From an uncultured Clostridia bacterium (lineage in GTDB: Bacteria > Bacillota > Clostridia > Christensenellales > UBA1242): a DNA stretch of 64,000 bases. Shown in pieces: positions 45,327 to 60,300 of the stretch (position 1 is its first letter; each line of letters begins with the position of its first letter). Under the pieces are notes generated by a model. That model ran no database searches, was not told the origin of the DNA, and saw only the letters and a list, made by a program, of their open reading frames with translations. Both the position numbers and the translations under genes were made by a program. The stretch spans positions 24,483 to 88,482 of the forward strand of contig CALVNZ010000001.1 in the NCBI GenBank assembly GCA_944350115.1. Direction: 5' to 3'.

Positions 45327-48300
45327 TTAGCTTATTGTATATGGTGAAATTATTGATGAAGTTGGGCTCCCCACATAATAGAAAGATTTCTCTCCATCAC
45401 CATTTAAACCAACAGAATGCTTGCCACCAGTCCAAATTTTATGATAACCGATTTTATACCAATAAATTTTTTCAGCCGAAATAATTGTATCTTCTGGATT
45501 CACAATATTCACATAACCACCAGCAGGCCCCCTATAGTTATAAATTTTAAACCAAATTGAACCAGCATTCCCTACTAACAAACCATCAGAGTTCACATCA
45601 TCACTATTAGCATAAATTATCTCATTGTTATAATCTCTGTCAAAATACAGATCACAATAAATTTTTAATCTATTAGCTCTTGATGCGTTATTATTTGAGC
45701 AAGTCGCATTTTCATATACAGAATTCCATGTAGTTTTCCAATTATGAGCATAATCATCATCAGGCGCATCTGTATCACTATACTTATGCAAATTCAACCC
45801 GCCCCAGCCATTATTGCCTGCTACGCCAGCTGTCCCATTATTGCCAGTTGATAAAATATTGGATGAAGAAGTGTCTTCATCGGTTGTAGCTGCTGGTGGC
45901 CCATATAAATATGCTGTTCCTGCTTCGCCTGCGCATCCTCCATCTCCCCCATAAGTACCGCTTAACGGCGCCGATTCATCTTGGTTGTCTCTTCCTCCCG
46001 ATCCATCTGCACCACGACCACCATTACCACCATTGCCAGCAATAACTATACCATGATTAGTAACATTCTTAGGGTTAGTGATCGTGCTAGAACTAATTGC
46101 ATAAACATTTTGTCCGTCATACGCATCCCCACCATTTTCTGCTGCAGAAGTTAAAGTAAATCTTCTCGGCATTTTATTTTCACCATCGGCACCACGAAGA
46201 CCTATTATTGTACCATAATTGTAAGCTTCAATTTGTGATGATGTTGTTATATCCCATGCAATACCAGCCATTTCAATAGTAGAATTTTCAGCGTAACCGT
46301 CTTTAACAAAATTTGATAAAGATGCAAAATTTTTAACATTTGAAATTTTGCCAGTTAATTCTTGTGCTATACCACCTGCACTAACTGCACCAATTTGTCC
46401 AACATTTATAGTGCCATAAGTTGTGACATTAATCACTCCAGAGTTTAATGACAATGCTAAAATACCTGCTTGCGTTCCATTTTCGTTAACATCAACAACA
46501 GATCCTGCAATCGCCAAATCCTTTATAAAAGATGCGTTTGTGCCTACACTATTTAAAAATGCGCCAAAAGTTGAACCAAAATTTATTATTTTCCCGTTAG
46601 CTGCAATATTATTAAAGCCAACAATTGAAGATTCTAAATATCCAACATTTATATCAGCTGTTAAAACGATACAACCATATTTTTCTTTGTTACCTTCTTC
46701 TGTTGTTGACCCATTAGGTGTCAATTTAACAGTAAATTCTTTGTAACTAGTTTCAATATTAATCAAAGTTTCATTTTCATAAGGGCCAAAAGCGCTATCT
46801 TCATTAATAATCGTTTCTTCATTGTCAATAATTACTTTTTTAGATTCTATAAAATTATTTTCAGTCGGAGCATTAATTGAATATATATAACTATTTAATT
46901 CTAAGGATTGATTAATTGGCGTTGCCAAAGTTTCAATTTCTAATGTTACTATATCATAATTCCCAAAATCACCATTAATTGTATAATTATTTGATCCTTC
47001 TGTTGAAACAATTGAATAATTTCCGCTTTTTGTTATTAAATTTTCTCTTACTAACAGAGACTTATCCCCTATTGTTAAATAATTATTACTTACACTTATT
47101 GGCACGCTATTTAAGTAATAATCGACTTTATATTCTCCTGTGCTTTGATTGTTTACATAATAAGTAATAAAATTTGAATCATCAATTTTTATGAGGCCCC
47201 CATCGCCGACATAAACTTTAAGCAATTCTAATGTATTGTTCGCATCTTCATTTATGTTTAAGTCAATCATAAATGTTTGCCCATTAATAATGAAAACATT
47301 ATCTTGTAAACAAGTTTGGCCATCTATTGTTTTAATTTCTTCACCCTCAACCACTACATTATGTGTTGCTCCAGCATATTCAAATTTACCATCACTTGTA
47401 AGAATAACTTCCGTAATCTCCTCATCTATTAAATAAGGCACCATTTCATTAACAATCACATTAACCACATCTCCATCCCTGTGGGCTTGATCTGGCCTAG
47501 TTAAATCAATCGATGTTTTTGTTGAATTATCAATTATCTCTTTTGCAATTGTTAATCCTTGCAAAGTTGTAATATTAAATTCTATATTTCTTTCTTTTGA
47601 ATTAGAAGTTACGGCTTTTCTTGTCGTTACATTATTTTGATTTATTGAATAAATTCCACTAAAATTATTTTTTACTGCTATACTTAATCCCGTTAAATTA
47701 TTATTTACATCTACAAGATAAGAAATTTCACTATCATCAGATGAATTTACAATATTAAGCCTCATTAAACTTTCTAAAGAATCAAATCCTGAAAAAGATA
47801 GTTTTTTATTATCTGCCGAAGCATTAACCGCTTTTGTAACATCCCCTATTGAATATGCAACTGTTTTATTATCTTTAACATCTATGTCTATTCCAAAAGT
47901 ATTAGAAGTTGTGTCATAAGTATAAGTATAAATTGCAAATTCATCTTCTGCTGGATTCATAGTTTTTGAAATACTCAAACTTGTCGTACTGTTAATATTA
48001 GCAAAGCTTATTTTCCCTGCGTCCGGCGTTTTGATTTCCCCATTATAAGAATACTCTGCAAACATATTATCTTTGATAGTAAATTCTATAGAATTAATTT
48101 TATCATAAGTTTGTTCATAATAATAAGATCCATTAGAATTTGTAACTAAAACTGATCTATTTGTCGATTTCCCCATAACCGCACTTACCATTTCAATTTC
48201 ATCTTTTTCTCCTGAAACTTGATTAAACAAATCATTAAAATTTGCCTCGTTGCTAAATGTGTATGTCTTATAAAAATTAAATGTAAAATTCAATTTTGCA

Positions 48301-51300
48301 AAATCATTTTGAGCAGCACTGCCAAAATAATAAGGGCTATTTGCATGCGCTCTTACTACTATAGTTGTTTTATCATTAACACTATCGTAAGAAAATTGCG
48401 TAATTTCTATTATCCCAGGCGTTGTGCCTAAACCTCCAAAGGTCAAGCCTACGTTAATAGTTTGCCCCTCACTTAAAGTAATATCATTAAAGTCTAAATT
48501 ATCTCCATTATCTTTTAATGTAAAACTATTTACATGACCCTTTAAAACTATTGTTTCTACTAATGTTCGATAATCATTTCCTAACGACTCACTCTTGTTA
48601 ATATTAGCTGATTCAACATAAGATTCATTTGCAGGATTTTTTGTTGCTCTTGAATCGAAATCAACAAAAACTGGTGAAACCAATGTCCTTTCTTCGACAC
48701 CGACAATTAAGCTGCCAGATGTTTTGATTATTTCGGATTGATTAATGCTTATATTTTCTTTTACAATTTCCGAACTATCACTAATCGAAGAAACTATAGT
48801 AACTGTTGTTGTGACATTTTCGTTTACATTAATATTGATCGTTTGATTATTTAAAGAGTTGAATACCGAAATGTAATCGTCTCCAGTATAAATCAAATTA
48901 TCATAACTACTTGAATATGTGAATTTATAGTTACCCACTGTATATTTTTGACCATTAACAAAATTCATTCCATTTTCTAATCTTGATATATTAACAATAG
49001 AAACACTTTTATCTGCATCATTTTTTAATAAATTACTTGCTTGCAAAGTTATAGTTTCTATTGTTTTGTTTTTAGTTGCGACCAAATCATATTTAAAATA
49101 AATTGAGTTATTTGAATTTTCATTAGAATATTTAATTAAAACATCAACTTTTCCATTTCCATAAGTAGCTGATGTATATAGAATTGATACCGTACTAGCC
49201 TCTTGAGTACAATTCTGATCTTCATATGCTTTTACTTCACAAACACTAAAAACATAACCTTCTTCAACAAGTTGATCTATTGTTAAATCTGAATTAAATT
49301 TGTCTTCGTACTTAAAAGTGGCACTATAAATGTCGCTACTTATAGCTGAAATAAATTGTGAACCATTATTTACAAAAGCATATAACTGACCAGCAATTGC
49401 CACATTTGTGTAATTTGAGTTATCACTTTCATTATCTCCATTTGTCGCTAATAAGTTCTTTATTGCGTTTACTGCGCTATCTCTATTTGAAGTATTTCCT
49501 CCTGAAACTGCATATGCATAATATGTTTCTCTCTCATTAATATAACTTGTTGGCACATATATAATTTGTGATCTAGATACTTTATTTTCAGCACCATAAT
49601 TTATTGACCTTGTAGCACTAATAAACCCTCCATTAGGTGCTCCTAATTGATCTACTGATGAAATGTACGAAGTTAATCCAGAAGTTGAAATTGTAATGCC
49701 ATTTATATTACCCTTATCGGTTTTTGAAGTGTCTATAAATGTTGTTCCACTATATCCAAACGCGTGATTATATAAGCCTGTTGTGCTGTTTTGATAAGTA
49801 CGTGATTTAGTCCAACTTCCATATAAACCATTTTTAAATGTTTGTCCGCCCATCTGATTAGCTTCATTATTTGTTGTGTCAGAACTAATATAAATTTCAT
49901 CAACAACTACATTTATCTTGTTATCGGTGTTATAGCTTAATGTTAATCTCCAATTATTTCCAACTTTTTCTGCAGTAGAATTAGCCAATGTTTGGGGAGA
50001 TTCTCCTAAAGCTTCAATAAACCCAATGTTAACACAACCAGAAACTGTTGCATTAGAAACGCTTGCAACTATTCCCGCTGCATATGCTTTTTTTGTTCCA
50101 TCTGCGTTTATGTTTTTGTTCCCTGCCTTGATCATTGATGTGTTATAGCAGTTTGAAATGGATTGCTTGCTGTAACCTGCTATACCACCAGCATAATAAT
50201 CCGCATTTGTCCTTGATGATGTAGTATATCCATTAAACACGGTGTTTTCATTTCCACAATTGCTTATACCTGTGGTTGATGTAGTTGATTGTGTTGTTGC
50301 CTCGGTTGTAAAATATCCAACTATTCCACCAACATAACCACTTTGAGAATTAACATCAATTGGAGAATAATTGTAACAATTTGAAATGCTTGCGTCTGTC
50401 GATTTTCCAACAATTCCACCTACGTTAGCTGAACTTGTTGTAACGCCAGATATCCTCACATAATTTTTACAATTTGAAATAGCTCCGCTAGCACTAGCAA
50501 AAAGCCCACCTATTTCAGTTCCAGAACCAGTAAGAGTCCCTGAAGCGATGACATTGTCAGCTGTCCCTGTCAAAGTCACAGCAACCACTGCCTTCTGATT
50601 TAACAATTCAGCATCCGTTACTCTAAGATTTGATATGTTTTTAACTGTGCTAAATAATGTCTGATTTCTAAGATTGCTTATTGTATGTCCATCGCCATTG
50701 AAGTTTTGCACATATGTAAAATTAAGGCTCGTCCATGGGTTCTCAATTGTTGGATTTGCTTCTGAGTTTTCTTTGTTAAAACTTGTGTTATTGAAATCAA
50801 TGTCATCAATCAATTTGTAATTAAGGACTGTGCCACCTGCCTGAACAAGCTTGGTGACATTTGGAATTTGTTGATAAGTTGTGCCGTCGATGCTTGTTTG
50901 AGTTGTAAAAGCTTTGAATTGTGCAAAGTTGCGCACTGGATAGCCATAGTTGATCGTTTCGTCTTTCGACCAACCTTTGTCTGTCCCTATCAGAATGCCA
51001 CCCGCTGGAACAGAGCCTGTGTCAGAAGTGTTAAATGGTGCTGGGTAAATCCATTTATTTGTATCTTGTGAGTCGTCGGAATTATCTATTGCTTCTGTGC
51101 TTTTATTTTCTTTATTATAAGCATCTCCCAAAGCGTTAGGATCATAGGCAAAATTTGCTGGCGTTTGTGCAGAACCAGTAACGCCCAAATATATAGTATT
51201 AGCATGTGATGTTTTATCACTTGTATAATCATTCCAATTTACGCGAGAGATTGTGTAGCTGTTTGTAATGTAGAAATGATATGATGTGTCTGTGCCACTA

Positions 51301-54300
51301 GTGTAGCTTTCTGCTGCGCCATTTGTGAAGGAAAAGAGGTTGGCATCAATGTAAGAAGTGATTGTGCCAGTTGAATAAGTGTTGTTGATGTAAATTCTGT
51401 TGAGCGGTGTGTCTGTTGTGTTGTCTGTTTTTAACGACGTTGCAAGGCCAGAAGCTGTGCCACCCTCTGCTGCACGATAGAAGATTTCAAGTGAGGAAGA
51501 GCATTCGTTGATGTAGCCGCCTGTCATGAGGCCAACGATGCCACCAAGGTTTATTTGTTTCTCTCCACCCACAGAAAGCGTGCCAGAAGAAATGCATGCA
51601 TAAACAATGCCACCTGTCATTGTATTGACAATTCCGCCACTATCCTTCCCATCACGCGAAGAATTTGTGTCTAAAACAGACAATTCTGTGTAAACGCCTG
51701 AAACGAAACAGTGTTGAGAAAGCGAGTCTATGGCACTTGTTTGTTTTTGCCAATCGCCAATAAACGCATAAGCCTCTGGGTCTGTGTCAGTTTCTGTTGA
51801 AGAAATGTAAGAAGGATACTTACCGGTATAATATTGAATTCCATTTGTCGTGATTGGAACTGGATTGTCACCTTCGGTTTTTGCAACATCGCCCTCAGTT
51901 ATAGGGTTAAATTTTGTTCCTTTTGTTCCTTCTCCTCCATAATTAGGTCCGAACAATTTTTCAATTATTGTTATGCTTCCATCAGCTTGATAGCTTGCAC
52001 CATTTGGAGAATAACCAGAAGTCCCAGTTGCAAAGTAGTTCAGATCAACAGCATTGTCACTTGTCGCCAAAACAAGTTGTGAAGAATAATAGTTTGGAGT
52101 TGCGTCGTCAGTTGTTTTATAGGTTACTTGTATATTTGAATTGCCAACCATAGCATCAACTTGATGTGTCTCTGTTCCTCGCCCTTGATTGTTGTTTGTA
52201 AGCGCAACAATGTTTTTAGTCACGGTTGCACTTCCGCTTTGAACATACCCGATGACTCCACCAAACGTATACCTATTCAAGCAAACAAAGTCATTGTCCT
52301 CGTCATTATTATAAACATAAGTGTAAATAACATCACCATAAGTTTTGTTGGAAGTAATTGTCGCTGTTCCGTAAACAATTCCAACGATTCCACCAATTGT
52401 GTGATCTCCGCTGTTGGCTTTTGCACCATAAATTTTAAATGCACCTGAAAAGCTTGTGTTTTTAATTTCCGCCGTTGCTGTTGCTGTTGAACTGTTGCCT
52501 AATTTACCAATGACACCACCAGCATTGATTGTTTTTGAACTGATGAAGAATGTGTCAGCAAAATTAATTTCTTTAGCGCTAGCACTTGTACCTCCTGAAA
52601 TGCTGGTTGATGACAGGTCAAAACCAATAGCGCCACCTGCATTCACACCAGATTCGCTTTCAGCGTTTCCAGGGTCTCCCCATAACGAGTAAATTGAACT
52701 GCTTGAAAATTCTTTTATAGTCACGCTTGATGAATATTGATTTTGTCCAACAACGCTTCCAACATTTAATGTTGGAGAAGAAACTAAAATATTTTCGCCT
52801 TCGCCAGACTTGTTGAATGTTACATTCCCATTTTCGCCGACTGCTATTGTTCCGTTGTTTAAACCAACAATTCCACCTAAATTCAATTCCGATGCGGAAT
52901 ATAATTGTGCGTCATTATCTACGCTTGTAAAGTTCGCAGTTGTGAACTCTTCTTTTGAACCTTTGTAAACTTTCAATGAAACACCCATGGAATCAATTTG
53001 AATTGTTCCACCTTCATTTGCTCCCACTATTCCACCAATTTTAGCTGAAGTAGCAGAAATTGTGGTTGTGGTTTCTCCATTTGTATTAGTAGGATTTGAC
53101 GTCTGCGATATAGTTCCTGATAAAGTTCCGCCACTTAAAGTTAAGTTAGTCGACGTTTTAATTTTTCCAAACAAAAGACCAATTGAACCATCACCATAAG
53201 AGCCTGTTGAAAGTTCAAAATTTAGTTTGCTTTGTTCTTCGCCGACATAACTGAATTTTGAAAGCGTTGCATCACCAACAAGTCCACCAAGAGTTAATGC
53301 TTTGCCTGACTCTTGATTAGCTGAAATTGTCAGTTTCAACAACTTGTTGTAAGTGTCGCTTTCCGAGAATGTGAAATTTGTGTTTGTGGTGCTGATTTTT
53401 CCAAATAATCCACCAAAGTTTATGTTGGAGTTGATTTTAATATTTGCAGTAGTAGTTAAAATTACATTTGTATTAAAATCTGATGGATCATTTATCTCTT
53501 CTATCGATTGTGGAGCTGTTGCCCTGATCATCACGCCTGCTGATGATTCAACATTTTGATCGTTTGACAAATTGCCCACATACAAGCCTGCATAAATATT
53601 TTCTGGAGATTTGTCCTTCAAAGACACTTGCATTAAAGGAGTTGATTCTAAATTATTATGTTTTATGGTGATATTATTAATTTTCAAAGAATCAAATGCC
53701 GAGTCTTGAACTAAATTTCCTGCAAGCAAGCCAAAACTTGCATTGCTGTTTTGATCGAGCTGAACGTCCTCATTGACACTGAAATTAATTATCGCATCGC
53801 CAGCATCTTTTTGAGACGAAAAATATAACATCATGTTTTCAAAGCTTGTGCTTCGTGCGTTTGAAGCAAAAAGTCCACCATACAAATTGCCGTCGTTTGC
53901 TTTTTCAACATTAATTGTGACCCTATTTGTAAACCAAGCATTGATGTTTGAGAATTTTACATCTTGCAGAGTCCCTGATGTGAAGACCGAGTTGGTTTCA
54001 TCGCTAGTTTTAAAGATTAAGTTTAAATTCTGGAAGTTTGCACCTGTTCCGCAATCAACAAACAAGGTGTTTGAAACGATAATTCCTGGATAATTGTTGC
54101 CCATTACATCTGAACTTGAAATATCGTTCACTGTTGTTGCAACAAATGTTCCCTTATTATCAAACCAAGAATTATCTGTTGCGCCGATCAAACGACCGGT
54201 AAAGTTTGAAATTTCATATCCGCTTAAATCAACATAACCATAAGTAATTGCGCCTGTGTTTTCATCAATATGTCTGCCACGAACACGAACTTCAATTGAT

Positions 54301-57300
54301 GAATTTTGCATTTTGCTTACAACGGTGTCTTTGTTGTCTTGATCAAGATAAATGTAAGTCACTGCGTTTACCAAATTTATTGTAGGATAAAGTTTGTTTG
54401 TCTCGTGAATCCAGTTGTCACTGCTCCAAGCATTTGAGTTGATAAATGCCCCGTTTGTTTCTGTATAACCATTTTCTGGTGAACTAAATTCACTGACAGA
54501 AGGAATTTTGAACACATAATCTGCGTCGCTGTCATCTGCTTCAGAATCTGCGTCGCTGTCATCTGCTTCAGATTTAGTAATTCCACTTTCAACATTTATC
54601 GTTTTCCCTCTGGCCGTATAAGTTGCCATGTAACCAAAAGATTTGACTTCTCCAATTTCTTCGGAAAGATTTTCGCCACTTGCAGAAACTGGATAAACGA
54701 ACACTGTTGCGCTGTCGCTTATTTCACCTGCAAGAGCATTGATAACGCTTATGCCCATTGGATTTTCGTCTGAGACATAACCTTCTCCTAAAATTCCAAA
54801 CTCACTGACAACATTGACAGCGGCCATTGAAATTTTTGTGTTTGCTAAAATTTCACCGAAAAGTCCACCAAAATTTGTCGCTTTCCCATCAGCAACACCA
54901 AAAGCATAAACATCGCCGGAAGTGTAAACTTCATTGAAAAGGTGCGAAGTTGCTTGCATAGAATCAGTTGAAATTGGATTGTCAATTAAAAATTGTGAAC
55001 TAGCAAAAACCACACCTGCGATTCCACCAGCAAAACCGCCTATATTTGGATTAATAACGTTTAGTTTATTGTAAGCGACATAAACATGTCCGCTTTCCAA
55101 AGCACCAAAAAGTCCACCAACATACATAGGTTTGTATTCTTGTTCACCGGTGTCATTGCTCTTCTTTTCAAAGATGTTTGTCAATCCTCTTTCAGCACTG
55201 TCTGAACCTGTTTGATAATACAAATAAGTTGAGCTTTCAATCTCATTTTGTAAATCTTCTTCATATTGAGCGAAAATTTGGTAGAAATCACCATTGCCAA
55301 GACCAATTAAACCACCAGATAAGAAATTATAAGAAAGAATGTTTGTAAAGCTGTTTTCAATGTTTGTTACATAAATTCCAACATCTTGTGTTCTCGTTTG
55401 ATTTCCTGTGAATCCAATTGCGCCACCAACAATTTCTGCACGCACATCGATGGAATCAGTAACTCTAATATTATTTACTTGATAATCGCTGTTTGTTAAG
55501 TTTGTAACATAATTGTAAGTCTTTTGAGAATATTGTGAATCAGAATAAATATCAATATAGCCAACAACGCCACCCGCAAATGAAACTTTGCCTAATCCTT
55601 TGTCACCGAAAAGCTCATTTGAATTTTCATCTGCATATTTTCGAACCGCATTTTTATCAAACGACCAAGAATCACCTCTTGTGTAAACTTTGTAGTCTGT
55701 GATTGTTGTTGCACTGTCATAATAGTTGCTTTGAACCATAGCGCCTGAAACAGAGAGCCCAACTATTTGGCTGTCTCCAAAGACTGCGCCTAAAATTCCG
55801 CCTGTAACATTTCTACCTAAAATGCCTTGTTCGTCAGAAGTGGTTGACGATTGATTTTTCTGTGTCATAGATATATTTATTATTCTTGAATCTTTAACTA
55901 GCCCAACAAGCCCACCAACCGCAACAGAAGAACCGGCTGTTACCGACTCAATTTCAATGTTCAAATTTTGAATTAAAGCGTTTCGTGCTTCACCAAACAA
56001 ACCAACGGAATTATTATTGCTCGAAAGAGAAATGTTGTTTATTGTAAATCCGTTTCCGTCAATAACACCTTCAAAGATTTTGTCTACTGACTTAACTTCG
56101 GCATTCCCAATCGCGTTGTTTAGTTCTGACAAATCAATATCTGAAACTAACCTATAAGCCCCGAATATTTCTGTTTCGTTGAATTGCATGCTCAAATAAG
56201 TGGATGTTGAATCGCCCATGGCTTCTTTAAAATCTTTTGCAGAAGTAATTAAAATTGGGTTTATGTCTTCACCGTAAGCAGTGTTATAGACCTCAGCTAA
56301 ACTGTCATCCTGATCTTTTAATATAGAGTAAGGAAGTGAATAATCTCCATCTGCTCTAGCAACATAATATCTATGAGAAATTGTCTTTGAAGACAAGCTA
56401 ACAGGCTCAACGCCTTTTCCTGAAACAAGTTTCCAAACTCCATCAGTGGATTCATCACTTGAATTGAAAATAAAGCCATAATAAGCATTTTGATTTTCAA
56501 CTTCATCTCTACTAATTAAATTAGCCGAATCCAAAGCGCCTTGAACGTCACTAGCTTCGTCGTCATCATAGTCTGCGATGTAATAATACGAAAGTTCGAT
56601 GCTTCCAGTGTTTAAAGAATTGCCATTCGCGTCGACACCAGAGAAACTGAGCTGACGAGCATTTGCTTTTTCAACATAAGAAGCTGCATAAGATGTTTCA
56701 ATTTTGCCTTCATTTTGATAAACGAAACCGGCACTTGTTAAACTATTTAATGTAGATGCATCGGAAATTAAGATGTTAGAATAACCATCGCTAATTGTTG
56801 CAGTTTCAGTATTGCGAACAACAAACCCTGCCACTGTTCCAACAGCAGATATGTTTGAACCTGTCCTATGATAAGTGTCTGAATCTTCTTTTGCAACACC
56901 TTGAACAGCAGAAATTCTTATATCGCCTGAGTTTGTTATTACAAACCCTGATGTTTGTGAAGTGTCGGCAGAAGCAAGATTTGAAATTTGCACTTGTGAA
57001 ACCGCGCTGGAAGCGATATCTCCAGAGTTTGTGATAACAAATCCCGCCACAGTTCCTTGCGCAATAATGTTAAAAGTTGAAAGTTTTTCAGTTGAATAAT
57101 CAAAAATGTCGCTTCCGGCAATTTGTTCGCCGATAATAATTATTTCTTCGCCACCAACTTTTGAATTTGTGATTGAACCAGTGTTGTTTATAACAAAACC
57201 TGCTACTTGGCTTGATATAGTTGAATTTGAATCGATATAATAAAGGTCGCTTCCTCTCATGTAGTTGACAGTCAAGCCCAAATCACCACTGTTTGTAAAC

Positions 57301-60300
57301 GAAGAATCCGAATTTTTATAAGAAACAACTTGACAGTTTGTAACTGTTCCCGCGTTATTGATTGCTAAGCCTGCAATATTGATTGATGAATAACCAGATG
57401 AGGTGACATCAACATTGATTGCTTGTCTTTGATAAATGTTGACGCGCAAATTCTTTATTATTGAATTTGAAGAAATATTGTTAAATAAAGCAAGATTTAA
57501 TGTTCCTGAACCTGTCACATTAAAGCTTTCTATGTTAATCGAATAACCATTTCCATCAAGCGAACGGAAATTAGTTGAATCAATTGGCGTGTAATTTTGA
57601 AGAGTTATGTCATTAAGCAAAATGTAATCTTCCGCTTGTCCTTCGCTGGCAACATTTAAGAAATCTTCCGCCGTTTGAATAATCAACGGTTTGTCTCGAT
57701 CTGAAAAAATTGTAACAGATAATGCAAAGTTTGTTTCAATCTCATACAAAACATTTTCGCCCGAAGAATTAATTCTAATTTGGTCAACCAAAGTGATGTA
57801 AACTGGCGAAGTTGTGGTCATAAGCCCCGTCACTGTCAAGTGTCCACCAGTCACTGCACCTTCAGAATCAGTTGTTTCAGTGTATGTCAATCTGAATCTT
57901 GCGTTTGAATAAGTGTAAACATGATCTGATGACTTAGTAAAAGTGATTGGTGAACCATTAATTTCCAGTCTTTCATAAACAGGAATTGCTTCTCCATTTT
58001 TATAGTTGATAGAAAATCCAGAAGTTTCGTCTATGTAATATCCTTGATTTTGGAATAATTCTCTTGCTTCAAGCAAATCTTCAACAAGCCCAATTTCTTC
58101 AGTGCTAGAAGCATCATAAGCGTAAGTATCTGGGCTGAAACTGTAATTAAAGGTCAACGCGTTAGTAATTCCAATATAATTAGTAAACATATAAGTGTCA
58201 TTTTGATCGTTATACTGTGCACCACTTAAAGATGCAGAAACTGGTTTAAAGTCAACAATTGTAACATAAGCGACAGAGTTCTTTTCTTCATACTCGCCAT
58301 TTAAGTATCTAGAAACTTTTGCTTCAACTTCAAATGTGCCATTCTCACCTCCTGTAAGGCTTGCATTTAAGCTAGCACGCATGATCGCTGTGTAAAGTTT
58401 CGTACCATTGTCAAATTCTTCAACTTTCCAAGTTTCTTTTGGAGATATAGTAACCCCAACAGCACCAACAGCGACAAGTGAATCAAGCTCTTGGTCTTGT
58501 TGCAACAAAATTGTAAGTTCAGCACTTCCACCTTTTGCAATAATAGCTTCGCTAGTGCCATCAACCAAAATTTCAGCTTGTGGCAAGTAAGAAACAAATA
58601 ATTGATAATTTTTCGAACTATTAATTAAAATACCATTAGCATCATAAAAACTTGCTGTTATTGTGAAAATAACATCACTAGTAATGTTTGCAGAAACATA
58701 AAGTCTGAACACATATTGCCCATTTTGACTTGCACTTCTGCTTACTTTAATTCCGTTTATCACATTTGAAACACCAGATGAATAGTCAACTTTGTAACCA
58801 ATAACATCAGCGCTATCAAATTCTGTCATTTTTGTGATTGTCAAAAGTGAAGAATTGTCACTTGCCTGATATGTTAAAGTCATGTATTCATAATAAGCGT
58901 ATTCTGGATCGACAACAATTTCCATGAAAGAAGCTTTGCCCGGCGACAAAACAGAAACAGCCGTATCTTCTTTTTGATAAACAATAGTTCCTCCAACATT
59001 ACTTACTCTTCCTGCTTCATAGTTTGCAATGTCAACATAATTTATTTTTTGACTTGTGGCAATAAGTTCGATTGCCTTGCCTTCATCTTTTGAAGTCCCA
59101 GAAACTGATGATAAAACAAGATTATATATTTCGTTTTCAGAAATCTTTGATTTATAATCTTCGCTAATTGAAAATGTTAAAACATAACTATATGATGAAT
59201 TGTCTGTGTTAAAAGTTCCCCTAGCCACAGTCAAATCAAAAACAGATTCGGTAAAGTAAACTTTCGTCGACACTGTTTCTTCGTTTATCGTCAATTTTGT
59301 AACGCCGTTGTTTTGTGCCCCAAATGTTAAAGGAACCCCATTTTTATTTAGGCCTAAAACAAGTCCATCACTTTCAGAGTCTGTAAACAGTGTGACATTA
59401 ATTTTAGCCACTATTGATGGTTCAATTTTAATAGATTCAACATTACTTAAAATTTCATTTGAACCTTTGAATGGCGTGATATTCAAAGATTTTGAAAAAG
59501 CGCTTTGAATTGCATTTTGATAATCAGTCAATCCTTCAAGTGAATCAACATTTATCGCAGATTTGATTGTGACATAAGATTTGCCAGCCTTTTCAAGTGC
59601 TTCTGTCAAACCTTTGCTAAACGCAATTGTCCCTATCATGCCATTTGTTGAATAAGTAACTAAAGATTGTATTGTTTCATTAGAATCAACAATTTTATTA
59701 GTCAATTTGAAGCTTTGGAGTTTGATTGATCTAGGTGAAACTTCATTTGCAAGATAAACGCTAGATTTGATCTCAAAGGTGATGTTTGCAGTTTTGCCTT
59801 CTTGCAAATCAAATCCAGAAGTTGAAACGCCGTTATACTTGACATCAAAATTTGACAAAACATACAAAACTTTAAATTCAAAAGGTGTTGACAAAGTCAT
59901 GTTTTGTTTTGATGTGACAGTAAATGTAACATCTCCAACTTCTTTTATGATGATGCTTTTCCCAACAACTTCTGCAACATTCTTGTTTGATGAAGAAACG
60001 AGAATATTGCCTGCGTCTTCGCCAAACAATTCTGTAAATGAAATCGTGTTTAAATTAGTTAAAGCAGCACTTCCAGCACTTGACAAACCTATCGTGTTTT
60101 CAAGTTTATGTAAAAATAATATCCCACTTTTGCCATTCGCAACCGGTAGTGACTTTTCAGTTGTTTGAACTTTAATGTTGCCAAAATTTTGAAGGGCTTG
60201 AGATTGATAAAACTTCAAATGTGGCTCACCTTCTCCACGAACATAACTTTGATGGTTCGCATCACCAGAAGAAACCCATAACGTTTGATCACTTATACTT

